Positions 25,622 to 38,461 of a stretch of DNA of 64,000 nt are shown here, piece by piece; the stretch's first letter is position 1, and each line of letters starts with the position of its first letter. The translations under genes and the position numbers were made by a program. Location: positions 5,768,001 through 5,832,000 of the forward strand of contig NC_058383.1 in NCBI RefSeq assembly GCF_018350175.1, read 5' to 3'. The notes below the pieces were generated by a model. It was not told the origin of the DNA. It made no database searches and saw only the letters and a program-made list of their open reading frames with translations. Origin of the DNA: Felis catus. Taxonomy: Eukaryota.

Positions 25622-28466
25622 GCGGCCCGTGAAGAACTGAGGAGACGCGGCCTGACGCGGCGGGGCGAGGCGAGGCGAGCGGGCCGAGTGGCCCCACCTG
25701 AGGCGGGAGGGGTGGGCGGGGCCGGAGTGGGCGGGGCGGCTCCACCTGAGGCGGAAGAGTGGAGGGACGGGGAGGAGGCGGGCCGAGCCGGGGGGGGCGG
25801 GGCAGCGTGGCCTGGGTGGGCGGGGCGGAGGCGAGCTGGGCCGAGAGGGCGGGGCGGCCCCACCTGAGGCGCCGGAGGCGGGGCGGCCACCCTTTGCCTC
25901 GTTGCTGCCCGCTGAGAGCTCCTGACTCGCGGCCGCCCGGATCCCGCGAGGCATCGGTACCTCGCGATGCTGTTCTACTTGGACAGAGCCCGCAGGGGGG
26001 ACGGTGAGGCCCCAAGACCCACGCTTTCCGCGGGCGCCCCTCCGTGCTGTCTCTTGGGGGCTGCGGGAAGGGGGACCCACGTCCCCCAGTTGTATTGATT
26101 TCGCTGCTTGACCCCCTTCCTGCGCACCCCTCTCGCTGACCCTAAAGACCTAAGGGATCCCAAGGCAGGGGCTCTCATAGATGGAGGAAGGAGGCTGCCA
26201 CCTGCAGTTTTGGAAGCTCCTGTTGGATTAGAAACTTAATGAATGCCAAGATATGGTCGCAGAAACGGCAGTACATTTTTAAACTTTACATCAAGAACGA
26301 CCTTTAATGTTACGTAGCCGTGCTATTCAGCAGATCGTTACTGGATTTAGAGAGCCACGGTGAGCTGAGGTGTTGTGGAGGTAACTCTTCCTTTCAACAC
26401 TTACAGTGAGCAGGTGTGTGGCTCCTGATGCTCCCTGTCCTCTTCTCCACCCCAGCTCCAGCCCAGACCCTGAGGATCCAGAACAGTCTTCTTCAGACAG
26501 GAGCCACGGCTTAATATCTGAGACATCTTCCCAACAAGGAGGTCTTATTCTGGTTTTCAAAAGCTTCCATTTGGGTGCAATTGCATCTTTTATGAGCTGT
26601 TAGGATATGAGGCTTCTAAACCGCTCTTGTGATAAAGTTCAATTGGAAATGTACACAAAGAAGGCACTGTGTGTCCCAGATGAGAACACCAAGAGAATGA
26701 AATGTGGCTGGACTTAGAACAGAGACAACCACTTGGACTCTGGGACAGTGTTACCGGGTTTTACAAGTTATAAAACATCATGCTTGGGAACCAAAAGATT
26801 ATGTGTTCTCAGGTAGCATTTGGTTCATAAGATTTGCCAATTGGGTTTCATTGGCCATATTGAGGTGAACTCATGACCTTATAATTACCATCGTTATGTA
26901 TTAGGCTCCTCACGTATGTCTGCTAGTTTTCATTTAAACTTGAAAATCCCTGACTTAACTTTGCAGGTCTCCTTTTGTCTTAGAACTAACCTCTGTGCTT
27001 TCTGATGAATGGGGTCATTTCACTCTCTGCTGCGGGGCAGTCAGTCAACCGAGGAGCTGGAAAAGAGAGCAGAGGCTTAACCTTTAACACCCCACAGCTC
27101 AGCAGTGTAGCTCAGAGTCAGAAAAGACAGAGATTAACAAACCACCTTAAAACTGGCAAGCATCTCAGATGGCCTGATTTGATTGCCAAGGTTGATATTT
27201 GATCAAAGGACCAGGTTCATGACTGTATGCAAATCTACAAACAGATATTCTGTTATATTTAACTCTCCTTTATGGAAATAATTTCCTGGTTGGGACCATC
27301 CTGCTCCTTTAGAAGTCTTCATGGTCTGTACAGACATTAAGAATAGTGCCATTCAGCTCTCCGCTTAGTAGTTAGCATATAGATGCCTGGTAGTTGTTTG
27401 TTGAACAAGAGTATGAGTATTGATTATCTGCTCCATGCCAGGCGCTCTGCTGGGAGGTGTGGGTGCAGGAACGCAAAATGAACTGCCCTTGACCGAAGCC
27501 CTTAATGCATACGCAAGAAGTAGAATTCAAGGAGGACCCTAATGGAAGGTGTAGTCGAGGTACAGTCAAAGGTGCTGTCGGTGTGAAAAGGTGGGAGACC
27601 TCTCAAAAGGCCAGTTGTATCAGGCTCTTCAAGTGCGTTTGTTGGTTTCATGCAAACTTGAAACTGAACTTGAAGTTGTACTAAGACTTCCTGGCGCTCT
27701 GGGCAAGGAAAGTGAAACCCATAGAAAGGAATGACTCAGGAGAAGGTGAGGAGAAGCCACTTGGCCCAACAGTTTTCCATCTGCTGGGAAAGCCCTGCAG
27801 CGGCCCTCCCCCAACCCAGAACAGGAGTGGCCTGAAGAAGGGTGGGCCCTGCACAGGTCCCGAGGGGCAGGCACCCAAGGTTTCCTCTTTTAACTTTTGC
27901 TTGAGTTTAAACAAGTAAAAATCCTGTTTATGTTAACAAAGTTTGTAAGAGGCAATCGCAGATGCCAACATCACTAAGACTTTGAAAGCCACACTCCTAA
28001 CAGGCTCTTGTTTTGAGGTTTTACCTTCTTCGGAACTTACTGACAAGGGGCTCTCAGCCTTGCCGGATGCTCCAGGATGCACATGAGAATTCCACTCTGC
28101 TTTGTGACACAAGAGGTCACTGTCGATATGATAGTAGTTTGGGGCAAATTCCCATATGCAATGCCAAGAGGGAGAATGGGGCTTTAAGTATTCCCATTCT
28201 GAAAAGGCAATGTGAGTTGGAGACTCGTTGGCTGTTCTGTAACTTTCTCCCTGTCCAAGGTGCGTTGCCTTCTCCAGGGCACCAAGTTCACTTCTGCTAT
28301 GGAGTTTCTCACAAGCTGTTCCTTCAGCCCAGAATGTGCTTCCCCCACTCACACAGCATTTTGCCATAATTTGGATTTTAGCCTAGATGCAGCCTCAGAG
28401 GGGCCTTCCTTAACCCCTCCACCTGCAGACGTTATTTTAGACCCTCTCTATCATGGCATGTTCTTT

Positions 28467-28690
28467 TCTTTAAAAAAAAATTTTTTTTAAATGTTTGTTT
28501 ATTTTTGACAGAGAGAGACAGAGCATGAGCAGGGGAGGGGCAGAGAGAGAGGGAGACACAGAATCCGAAGCAGGCTCCAGGCTCCGAGCTGTCAGCACAG
28601 AGCCCAATGTGGGGCTTGAACTCACAAACCACGAGATCATGACCTGAGCCCAAGTCGGATGCTCAACCGACTGAGCCACCCAGGCACCCC
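28467..28690 (-). mobile_element. Carnivore SINE inside L2
   Basis: TSD TGGCATGTTCTTTTCT. Confidence 0.95.
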
Positions 28691-28725
28691 TTGGCATGTT
28701 CTTTTCTAATAGTGCTTATCGCTTG

Positions 28726-29198
28726 CTATGGTAGATTGGAGAATGACTCCCCAAGGCTGTCCAAGTCCAAGCTTTGGAAACTGTGAATGTTAACTCACAT
28801 GGCAAAGAGACTCTGCAAATGAGATCAAAGATTTTGAGAGGAGGGGATAATCTGGGATTATCTGGATGGACTGGATGTAGTCACAAAGGTCCATATAAGA
28901 GGGACATGGGAGAAGTCAGGGGAGGAGGAGAGGTGATACAGAGGCAGAGCCTGTCATGATGCATTTTGAAGACCAAGGAAGGGGCCACAAGCCAAGGAAT
29001 AACAAGGAGGTCACTAGGAGCTGGCAAGGCAAGTATACAGACCCTTCCATCGGAGCCTCCAGAAGGAACTACCTCTGCAGACACCTTGATCTCAGCCCTG
29101 TGAAACTCATCTCACACTTCTGCCCCAGAACTGTAAAAGAATAAATGCATGTTGTTTTGAGCCACTAAATGTGTAGTAATTTGTTGGAAACTAATACA
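28726..29198 (+). mobile_element. MaLR solo LTR (MLT1D-like) nested in an L2 fragment (~28290-29350)
   Basis: tgtgaatgttaactcacatggcaaa...ccagaactgtaaaagaataaat...ggaaactaataca end; the L2 3' end agtgcctggcacacagtaggtgctcaa follows. Confidence 0.85.
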
Positions 29199-29690
29199 CT
29201 AGCTAAACCTTTCCTTGTTCATTTCTCTATTGATTGTCTCTTTCCACTCCATTCTCCCATTAGAATGCAAATATCACGAGGGCAGGGCTGACTCCTGTCT
29301 GGTTCTCTGCAGGTGGCTCAGTGCCTGGCACACAGTAGGTGCTCAAGAACTGTTCTAAGAAAATACATTTATGAGGTAGTCAAGAGGCTCTTTATTTCAC
29401 AAAAAGCAACTATGTCAGGGGTTTGCTTTTCCAGCTTTCAAAAAACGATAAAATAGACTGCAAAACAGATGATGGGTCTGAAGTCCTTGGTGAGAATATA
29501 CAGATATTAGATTCAATTCACCAAATACCAAAAGGTAACAAAGCATTGGCATAAACAAATTTTGAGAAAAATTCCTGAACTTTTTACAATGTGCAGTGCA
29601 TGGCAGACATCCAGTCACTGTTGTATGGACAATCTGAGAATGTTAGCACTCAAGAAAAGTTAAATACTCATTCTACTTATGAAAACACTA

Positions 29691-29895
29691 GGGACACCTG
29701 GGTGGCTCCGTTGGTTAAGCCTCCGACTTTGGTTCAGGTCATAATTTCTCAGTTTGTGTGTTTGAGCCCTGTGTCAGGCTCTGTGCTGACAGCTCAGAGC
29801 CTGGTGCCTGCTTCGGATTCTGTGTCTCCTTCTCTCTCTGCCCCTCCCCTGCTCACACTCTGTCTCTCAAAAATAAATAAATGTTAAAAAAAAAA
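29691..29895 (+). mobile_element. Carnivore SINE
   Basis: Full structure; TSD-like AACACTA. Confidence 0.93.
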
Positions 29896-30086
29896 CAACA
29901 CTAAATAATGGCTCTAAAGTATAGTGGCTTATTAACCTTTCATGTAAGTCCTTCTAAGAATAAGAGTTAAATGCAAAATACATTAATATATTTTAAATGC
30001 TATATGACCATGAAGCTTTCAATGATTCCATAAAATACATGTGAAAGCCAATTTTGTCACTTCAATGGCATTTGAACCACTTCTGC

Positions 30087-30143
30087 TTTTCAACTTTGCT
30101 CAATTTTTTCAACTTTGCTCAATTTTTTCAACTTTGTTCAAAT
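30087..30143. repeat. 19-bp tandem repeat x3 (TTTTCAACTTTGCTCAATT)
   Basis: Two identical copies plus a third with two mismatches. Confidence 0.9.
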
Positions 30144-30339
30144 TTAAGAAAGCTCAAATCTTAATCCATCTTCTCTACTGTTCCTGAATTACTAACAAGT
30201 ACTGTGAAAATGTTGTTCTGTAGTATTGACATGCTATTCAGAACCGACATTTTAATAGTTTATTGTTTGTATCTTATGCCAATGAACACTTAATTTTGTA
30301 ATGAAATCAGAGCTGGAGTTTTGAAAGGGCTCTCTCTAC

Positions 30340-30574
30340 TGACTGATAGTTTACCTGGGTATAGAAATCAGACTTCTCTTTGATATTTTGCACATCTTTA
30401 TCTTACTGTGTTGCATTCTGGATAATTTTTCCAGAATCATCCTCTGCATCACTCGTTCTTTCTTTGGCTGTGTCAAATTCCTGTGTAATCAATCTGCCCA
30501 TTGAGTTTTAAACTTCAATATTTTTTTATTTCTATAATTCTACTTGGTTCTCTTTCAACTATCACTTTCTGTTA
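30340..30574 (-). mobile_element. Old L1ME/HAL1-like ORF1-region fragment (host element, left part)
   Basis: T-rich antisense L1 ORF1-like sequence; appears to resume after 33130. Confidence 0.5.
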
Positions 30575-33128
30575 AAAAAAACCAGCTTTATTGGGCTATA
30601 ATTCACATACCATACAATGTATCTATTTAAAGTGTACAATTTAATGGTCTTTAGGTTATTTGTGAAGTTGGGCATTCAATTTTAGAACATTTTCATCACC
30701 CCAAAAGCAATCCTGTAATGATTAGCTGTTAGTCTTCATCTTCCTTCAACCCTGTCTCCTAGTCCTATACAACCACTAGAGCCACTTTCTGTCTCTGTAG
30801 ATTTGCCTACTCTGAACATTTCACACAAATGGGATCATAGAATGTGTGGTCTTTTGTGATTGGTTTCTTTCATTTAGTATAGTGCTTTCAAGGTTCATCC
30901 ATGTTGTAGTATGTATCAGGACTGAGTTCCTTTTAGTTGCTGGATAATATTCCAATATTTCATCATATACCACTTTTGTTTATCCATTCATCCATCAGTG
31001 GACATCTGGATTATTTCTACTTTTTGGTTTTTGTGACGAATACTGCTGTGAACATTTGTATGTAAGTTTCTATGTTTCTTAGGTACACATCTGAGAGTGC
31101 GTTTGCAGGGTCCGTCCAATGCTGAACAGTTTTGAGAACTGCCAAATGGTTTTTCAAAGTGGCTGCATCATTTTACATTTCCACCAGCAATGTATGACGG
31201 TTCCAATTTCCCCACATCTTTGTCAACATTTGTTGTCCATTTTTTTTAGGCTCTCCTCCTGGGTTAAATTGCTATCTTGTGGTTTTGATTTGCATTCTCT
31301 AATGGCTAATGATGTTGAGTATCTTTTCATGCACTTAATTGCATATCATCTTTGGAGACTGTCTATTCAGATCTTTGACCCATTTTTAAATTGTGTTATT
31401 TTATCTTCTGATTATTGAGTTGCCAGTGTTCTTCATGTATTCTGGATGTGAGTCTCTTACAGATCTCTTATCAGATGTACGACTTACAAATATTTTCTCC
31501 CAATCTGTAGGTTGTCCTTTCACCTCCGTGATGGTGTCCTTTGAAGCACACACATACAAATTTTTTAACGTTTATTTATTTTGAGAGAGAGAGGTGCATG
31601 TGTGCACATGAGCAGGGTGGCAGGGGCAGAGAGAGAGGAAAGAGAGAATCCTGTGCTTACAGTGCAGAACTCAGCGTGGGGCTCAATTCCACAAACTGTG
31701 AGACCATGTCCTGAACTAAATCTGGACCATGTCCAGATGCTTAACCAACTGAGCCACCCAGGCACCCCTGAAAAATTTAATTTCAAATCCAATTTATCTA
31801 AATTTTTTTCTCTTGTTGCTTGTGATTTTGGTGTCATATAAGAAACCATTGCCTAACCCAAGGTCATCCTATGTGTTCATCTAAGAGTTCTATAGTTTTA
31901 CATTTAGATCTACATTTCAAGTTAACTTTTGGATATAGTGTAAGAAAGGGGCTCAACCTCATCCTTTAGCTTGTGGATATCCAGTTGTCCCAGCATCATT
32001 TGTTCAAAAGATCATTCTTTACCTCATTGAGTTGTCTTGGTGCCCTTGTCAAAAATTAATTGGCCATAAATGTAAGGGTTTATCTCTGGACTTTCATTCT
32101 ATTCAGTTGATCTATATGCCTATCCTACCACAACAATGCTATACTGTCTTGATTCCTGTAGCTCTGCATTAAGTCTTGAAATTGGAAACTGTGAGTCCTC
32201 CAACTTTGTCTTCTTCAGATTGTTTTTGGCTACTCTGAGTGCCTTGTATTTCATATCAATTTTAGTATTTGCCTGTTAATTTATGCAGGAAAAGGATCTG
32301 GGATTTTGATATGGTCTCATTGGATCTGTAGATCAATTTGGGAAGTATTACTACCTTAACAATGTTAAGTCTTCTGATCCACGAATATAGAATGTCCACC
32401 CATTTATCTAAGTCTTTTATTTCTTCAAACAGTGATTTGTGGTTTACAAAGTACAAGTTTTACACTTCTTTTGTTAAATTTATTCCTAAGTATTTTTGGT
32501 GCTAATGTAAATTGAACGGTTTTCTTATTTTCATTTTCAGATTGCTCGTTGAGAATGTACAGAAATATAATTGATTTTTATGTATTTATCTGGTAACCTT
32601 GTTATCAGATTGAGGAAATTCCCTTCTATTCCTAGTTTGTCAAGTGTATTATAATGAAAGTGTTAATTTTTTTCCCAATGCTTTTTCTGTGTCTTGTGAG
32701 ATAATCATGGGTTTTTTGGTCCTTTGTTCTGTCGATTCGGTATATTACAATGATTGAACTTTTGTATTTTGTATCACCCTTGCATTCCTGGGATATATTC
32801 CCCTTAGTCATGGTGTATAATCCTTTTTATTATTGCTGGATTCAGTTTGCTAGTATTTTATTGATGATTCTTACATTTGTATCATAAGGGACATTGATGT
32901 GTTGTTTTCTTGTGATGTCTTTGACTGATTTTGATATTAGGGCAATACTGATCCTATAGAAGGAATTGGGAAATGTTCCCTCATCTTCTGTTCTTTGGAA
33001 GGGTTTATGAAGAATTGGTATTTATTTTTCCTTGAATGTTTGGTAGCATTCACCAGGGAAGCCACCTAGATCTGAACTTTGCTTTGTGGGCAGTTCTAAA
33101 ACCATGAATCTAATCTCTTTTTATAGGG
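30575..33128 (-). mobile_element. 5'-truncated LINE-1 (L1MB/L1MA-like): ORF2 C-terminal part plus 3' UTR, interrupted by a SINE
   Basis: Minus-strand peptide KSLFEEIKDLDKWVDILYSWIRRLNIVKVVILPKLIYR resembles L1 ORF2; typical antisense L1 3' end ctttattgggctataattcacatacc. Confidence 0.9.
31560..31768 (-). mobile_element. Carnivore SINE inside L1
   Basis: SINEC head and tail. Confidence 0.9.
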
Positions 33129-33356
33129 TCTTTCTGTTTCTTTTTCAGATGTTATTTCCTTATGGTTTCTATTCCTTCTTCTCTGTAATCACTTGCAATA
33201 TTATTTTATAGTTTCTCCCAGATAGTTCTGTGTCATTTCTGTTTGTTTGTTTTACTTTGTCTGGTTTGGTTATTTATTGTTTTGTTTAGCCATGGTTGTG
33301 TTTGCTGTGCATGCTCTATCATGGCGAATCACAACTTTCTTTATCCGTTTTGGGAA

Positions 33357-33820
33357 TTTGTTGTTGTTGTTTTCGTCCAAGGTTTATTGACGATATCGCA
33401 GCACAGCAGAAGGAGTCACGTGGTGTCCTGGAGTTCATGCCAACTGTAGGCTGTGTGACCTGCAGGCTGGACAGACTGCCAAAGTCCAAGAGCTTCAACA
33501 TTTCCTCAGTGTCAGGATCTACTTCATTGATCTCCTGATCCAGGACTGAGACCTCAGGAACATAATGATCTCTCCTTTCTCTCTCTTCCTTCTGCAACTT
33601 AATGGAGATCCTGCTTACCGGGCCTCTCTGAATCTGCTTCATCTGTTGAGATGAATCTCACTGTAGAGATTCTTGCTGGCAATAGCGGTGGTCTCCTTGC
33701 ACACGCACTTATTGGCATGGGAGTCATTGCCTAGGCATGTGTAGTACTTCTCAGTGATGACCCGGGCCGCCTTCTTCACGGTGTTGGTGCGAACGTGGCC
33801 CACGTTGGTGGATCTGGTAA
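33357..33820 (-). pseudogene. RPS17: Processed pseudogene of 40S ribosomal protein S17
   Basis: Intronless (V)[26 protein letters not shown]... and [37 protein letters not shown]...[11 protein letters not shown] match RPS17. The start codon has become GTG (33803-33801); there is a frameshift near 33645-33655, AATAAA at 33388-33383 and a decayed A/CAA tail. Confidence 0.95.
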
Positions 33821-34420
33821 TTATTATGAGGTCATCTTGTGTGGTGATCCACTTTGTCTGGAAAAACCCCATGTGGCCTGAGTTATAAAGTGTTCCTCCA
33901 GGAAAGCTTTGCATTTGTTCCTGCCAGGCCCTCCAAGAAGATTACCAAGGGAGGGTATAAAATTCAGACTCTGCCCCTGCCCCGTGTCATAGGTTTGGTG
34001 GGTTAATTTCTCTTAGGATAGTATTTTCTTCTACTAAACCCCCCAATGAAGGCAAATTCCTCTGTCCTCTCCCTGGGCCAGAAAGTACCTTCTAGCACCT
34101 GTCTTACTGGCATGCAGTCTTCTGAGGATCCCATCTTTGTGAATGGGTCTTACTGTCTACTCGCCATCTTGTACAGGTCCCAAGTCCCTATACAGGTGGA
34201 ACTTCTATAATATTGGAAACATCTGACCATTTGGGCCAGTTTTCAGCTCTAACACTCCCCTCCACACCCATAAGGGCTGCTATATCATCTGTCCTGGGCG
34301 CTTGGTTTTCTTCCCTTTGTGTTTTTGACATCTGTTGTTGCCTTCTCCCTGCCCCCCCCCCCGCCCCCCAAAACTCGGCTGCGTGTTAAAATATTTTTGT
34401 TACATTTTATATGTCATTTC
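33821..34420 (-). mobile_element. Old L1ME-like 5'-region fragment (host of the RPS17 retrocopy)
   Basis: Motif gttcctccaggaaagctttgcatttgttcctgccagg resembles the antisense 5' region of old L1ME elements. Confidence 0.45.
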
Positions 34421-36523
34421 AAGTATTTGTAACTGGAGGAATTCTGGGTTGTACAGTCTGCCAGAAGCCTGAAAGGGCCTTTGTAGTCTCCCTTTGAGGC
34501 TGCTTCTGGGGTGATAAGCACTGGGCTAGGAGGCCAAGGATCACATTCCCTTTATCAGTATGTAGGACCGGGCAAGGCATTTTCCACTTCTTGGTCTGTT
34601 TTTTCACGTCCCGATTAGGGTGGTTGGTCCTCAAATTACTCTCAGTTCTAAAATTCTCTGATTTTTTTTTTCTTTTTTTTAAAGTCCTGTCCACAGCACT
34701 TATTCTGAAGTCTTATTCTCCAGGTGCAGATTGGCCTCTGTGAGGAGAGGCTATTTGCCCGAAGCCAAGATAACCCCAACATTCTTTACTTTTCCCAGGG
34801 CGGAAAGGAAGAGACACTCGTCTGTTGTCCCGAAAACCCCTCAGTGCCTTGGCTTCGCGGGGAAATGGTTGCCTTTGTGCAAGTGGATCGGCCTGGCCTC
34901 TCTTCATTTGCCTTGTCTTTTATTTTTCCAAGGAAAAAATATCAGCAGAGAAAGTTCCAGACTTTCTCTTCCCATGCAGCCTTGTTTTCTGTATTTAGCA
35001 AATGCCAAACATCGACCATGTCTGCAAATTTCCTCTCGGTAAGACTTAAATTCTTGCACAGCGTGCCCAACATTTTATCTCGATAGACAAGCGCAGTAAG
35101 GTCTGGAACAATTTTACCTTTAGTTGGGGCTTTTTCTTGGAGGAAAGACTTGGGAAAAGATACTCTGAAGTGCTTTGACAGGGGTCTATTGAGCCAGATA
35201 GACAATTCTCCTGTCCTTTCCCCTGTTGCTGCGGCCATAGTAACGAAGCTAGAAGGCAAACAGGATTGTCAAGCAATTCCCCAAAATGAACAGCAGGGGT
35301 GCTGAGGGGGTGGAACAGAAGGGAATATCTTTCCAGCTAGGACAGTTTGTCTTTGGACGCTTTCTTTCAGGAAGAGCAAAGGCTTGTCTCGGATGAACTT
35401 TTTGTCTGCATCTCCATCTGATTACACACCCATGTTTGTGTCCACGTGCCTTCCAGCTGCCACCTCACCACACGGGCCCCTTCAACCCCGGGCCCTGGGC
35501 ATTTCTAGTGAATTTGTTTCCAGAACAGCTCAGACCGTCTGTAACCTTTCTCTTGGTCTATCAGTGGTCCCACCACTCTGACTCTGAGTTTTCATGGATC
35601 CAAGAAAGCAATAAATGATGAAGGAATGCAACCGTTTCGCTAAAAGGGGAAGTATTAGCCCCGAGGATCTTGAAATTCAGCATAAAATGAAAATTTCCAT
35701 TAGGCAAATGCGTGCAATTATAAATAATTAAGCAAAAACCTTGACTAGTCATTACGTGTTTCTTTAAAAATGTCCCTAACGTTGACATTGACCAAGAAGC
35801 AAAAGAAGGCTTAAGAATCAATGGGAACTTTGCTGAGTCCAAAAGGCAGATTTTGCCACTTAAGCCAGTTTGTAATGTCCCATTAGTATCCGATCGCTAT
35901 AAAACTTTAAGCATGCGTTTGGCTATGATGTCAGGCAGTACTCTGGGCCCAGAAGTAGCAGTCACAAATCCACAGTGGAAAGAGCTTCACTATTTTAATG
36001 CTCTCAAAGGATGCACTCACCCAATTAAAATCATACATCCCATGCATTATCTGCTGTATTTAGAGATATTTAAAGGCTGCAGTTACTGTAGCCTTGGTAA
36101 AACAACAAGCAGGCGTATGACATCAGATACTCCATCCCCTTTTTCTGTTATAGGGTGTAGAGAGCAAGAAGCTTGAATTTCTGGTCTCTCTTGCAATGGG
36201 GAGTGACAAGATAGACAACGTTCTGGCCAAAGAGACAAAGGAAATGAACAAAGGTCTACTGAGAAGGTAAAAGGCAAAATAGTTGGGGCTTGGGCAATTG
36301 TTTGCTTGACCCCTTAATAACTTCCTAGAAAGCAGATGTGATGTCCATGCAAGCCATCTTGTGAGCTCCAAGCAACAAATGAGACTGGGTGTCAACAAAT
36401 TGAGCTTGGTGTGTGGAAAGAGAGAGAAGGGGTCCCTGACAGCATGTGAGCCCTGAGTTTTCTGTTCTTTACAGCTGAAAGCATCCCTAAGTGACATATT
36501 GTAATTAAAATCTGGGAAAATTA

Positions 36524-36762
36524 GGGGTACGTGAGTGGCTCGGTCGGTTAAGCATCCGACTTGGGCTCGGGTCATGATCTCGCGGTTCATGAGTTTGAGC
36601 CCCGCGTCGGACTCTGTGCTGGCAGCGTGGAGCCTGGAGCCGGCTTCAGATTCTGCGTCTCCCTCTCTCTCTGTCCCTCCCCTGCCCCTGCTGACACTCT
36701 GTCTTTCCTTCTCTCTCAAAAATAAATAAATGCTAAAAACAATTTTAAAAAATAAAATAAAA
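36524..36762 (+). mobile_element. Carnivore SINE
   Basis: Full structure; TSD-like TGGGAAAATT. Confidence 0.95.
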
Positions 36763-38356
36763 GTTGGGAAAATTTGTGGTTGCGTTGAAGTCGACATATG
36801 CAAACATAACGAATCTTCACACGAAAAATCCAAAAGATGAGAAAGCGCTTCTTGCAACTTTTGATACATTTAAATGTCTTCATTTGGAGGATGACCATAT
36901 TTTAGAAATAAAGCCGAAAGATCTGGGGACTGCCAAATAAGAATATGATTATGGAGACCAAAGCAGGAAATATTAAAATTGGGACTCTCCTGGAAAATCC
37001 TAGAAAATTGTCTGTGAATTTACATCCTTAAGCCACTTTTTAAAAGTACTTTTACTTTAATCAAAGAACGTGATTTTACGCCCACTTTCCAAGAAATACA
37101 TTTCTGAATCATTTTTCAAAGTTGGCAAATAAAAGCCTTCTAGAGATAAATCATCCACTTTGCTTTTAAGGCAGTCATTGCTCCCACAAAGCAACGACAA
37201 TGACAATATCCCCGGAGGCCACAAAAAGAAAAGTATTCGCGTGTTATTATTAGCTAACAAGGTGATCCATCTCTTGGCCTATAATTGAGTTCACAACTCT
37301 TGGAAGATTCCCCCTGTATCGGTGGCTTTCTTCCAAACACAGAAGGAAATGGGATTTTGACGCAAAGTATCATTCAAAGATCCTTGGGTTGTAAAACATT
37401 TGGTTCTTTGATATTAAGCAGACAAGATATCTGGGGGTCTGCATTTCCTCCCATTCTGCTTGATCCGGCCGTTGGGCTATTGAGTAGACTCTTGAAGGCA
37501 GACGCCATGCTCCTTCCCCCAGGTAGAAATGGCAGCTGGGAAAGAGGAGCAGAAATCATGCCTTGTAGCGTAAGGCTGTAGTAAGCCTGACCTCAGGGTA
37601 GGCCTGGGCTCCTGGGCCTGTCCCCGTTGCGACTTGGCGGCCAGGGTCTCCCGCCGCTATTGGAATGTGATAGGGGGTAACAACAGTGTGCCCAACATGG
37701 CGGGAAGGTTAGTTTCTAGTCTCAGTGATAACGGATACTGTGTGGCTTGGAGCAAGTCACGTCACGTTCCTGGACCTGTGTGTCCTAATCAATAGGAATG
37801 GGGGCAGACAGTATTCCAGGGGACCCTGAGGGCAGTGAGGGCCATGCTTTCCCTTACGGCACTTCTCCAGAGATGCAGCGACCTCGCCAGGCTCCCCACC
37901 AAATACACAGGAGGGAGAATCAGTTGCGTAGATCAGGAAGTCACCGGTGCTAGGGCTGCTGGCCAGGAGGAGGCCCGGCTGGAGCTGCCTTAGTGGAGGC
38001 AGAGGGAAGGACATGCGTCCCTATTCTGAGGCTGCGGCTTGCCCACCCGGCCCCCTTCACAGCTGCCTTTGATCTCCAGATCATTCCCTTTCACCGTCAA
38101 CAGAATGCGGCTCACCCTGGGATGGGCCGGCCTACTCTTTCACCCCCCACCTCAGGCTCCAGAGCCTGGTTGCAAAGTCACACGGAATTTCCACACGCCT
38201 CGAGGGCTGTACAACTACCTTGCGGGCGTATTTCAAGTTTTATTATTACTATTACTTTTTGAAGAGTGAACACTTTCTGATTTGTCACCTGTTTCGCTGG
38301 CCCACCCAGCCAACCAAATCACTGATCTTTAGCAGTAACGATGGTAGAGAAGGCGA

Positions 38357-38461
38357 CCAGATAACCAGGCTGAGCCAGAGCCTGGGGTCCAGCGGCATAC
38401 CATAACCAACAGTTGCCTGACCCTCGGGCACCTGGGTGGTTCGGTTCATTAAGAGTCTGAC
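38357..38461 (+). repeat. Left copy of a ~105 bp inverted duplication (partner 39775-39878)
   Basis: Hand alignment to the reverse complement of 39775-39878 gives about 13 mismatches and 1 gap. Confidence 0.9.

Larger units (their letters stand above)
24850..26140. promoter_or_regulatory. BAIAP2L1: CpG island: BAIAP2L1 promoter and 5' UTR
   Basis: Very high GC and CpG density around exon 1; multiple GGGCGG (Sp/KLF) boxes at 25660-25890; no TATA box seen; the exact TSS cannot be read from sequence. Confidence 0.92.

Noticed and set aside
25681..25890. Repeat-spacer pattern as a CRISPR-like array
   Set aside because: Mammalian promoter with 12-bp repeats and irregular GC-box spacers; no cas genes.
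24849..26080. Long overlapping ORFs (263, 240 and 226 aa) in the CpG island
   Set aside because: Expected from stop-codon scarcity in GC-rich DNA; only the 17-codon BAIAP2L1 exon has homology and a proper splice donor.
33340..33840. Target-site duplication around the RPS17 retrocopy
   Set aside because: No convincing direct repeat found by eye.
36123..36869. 248-aa minus-strand ORF
   Set aside because: Runs through an antisense SINE and shows no homology.
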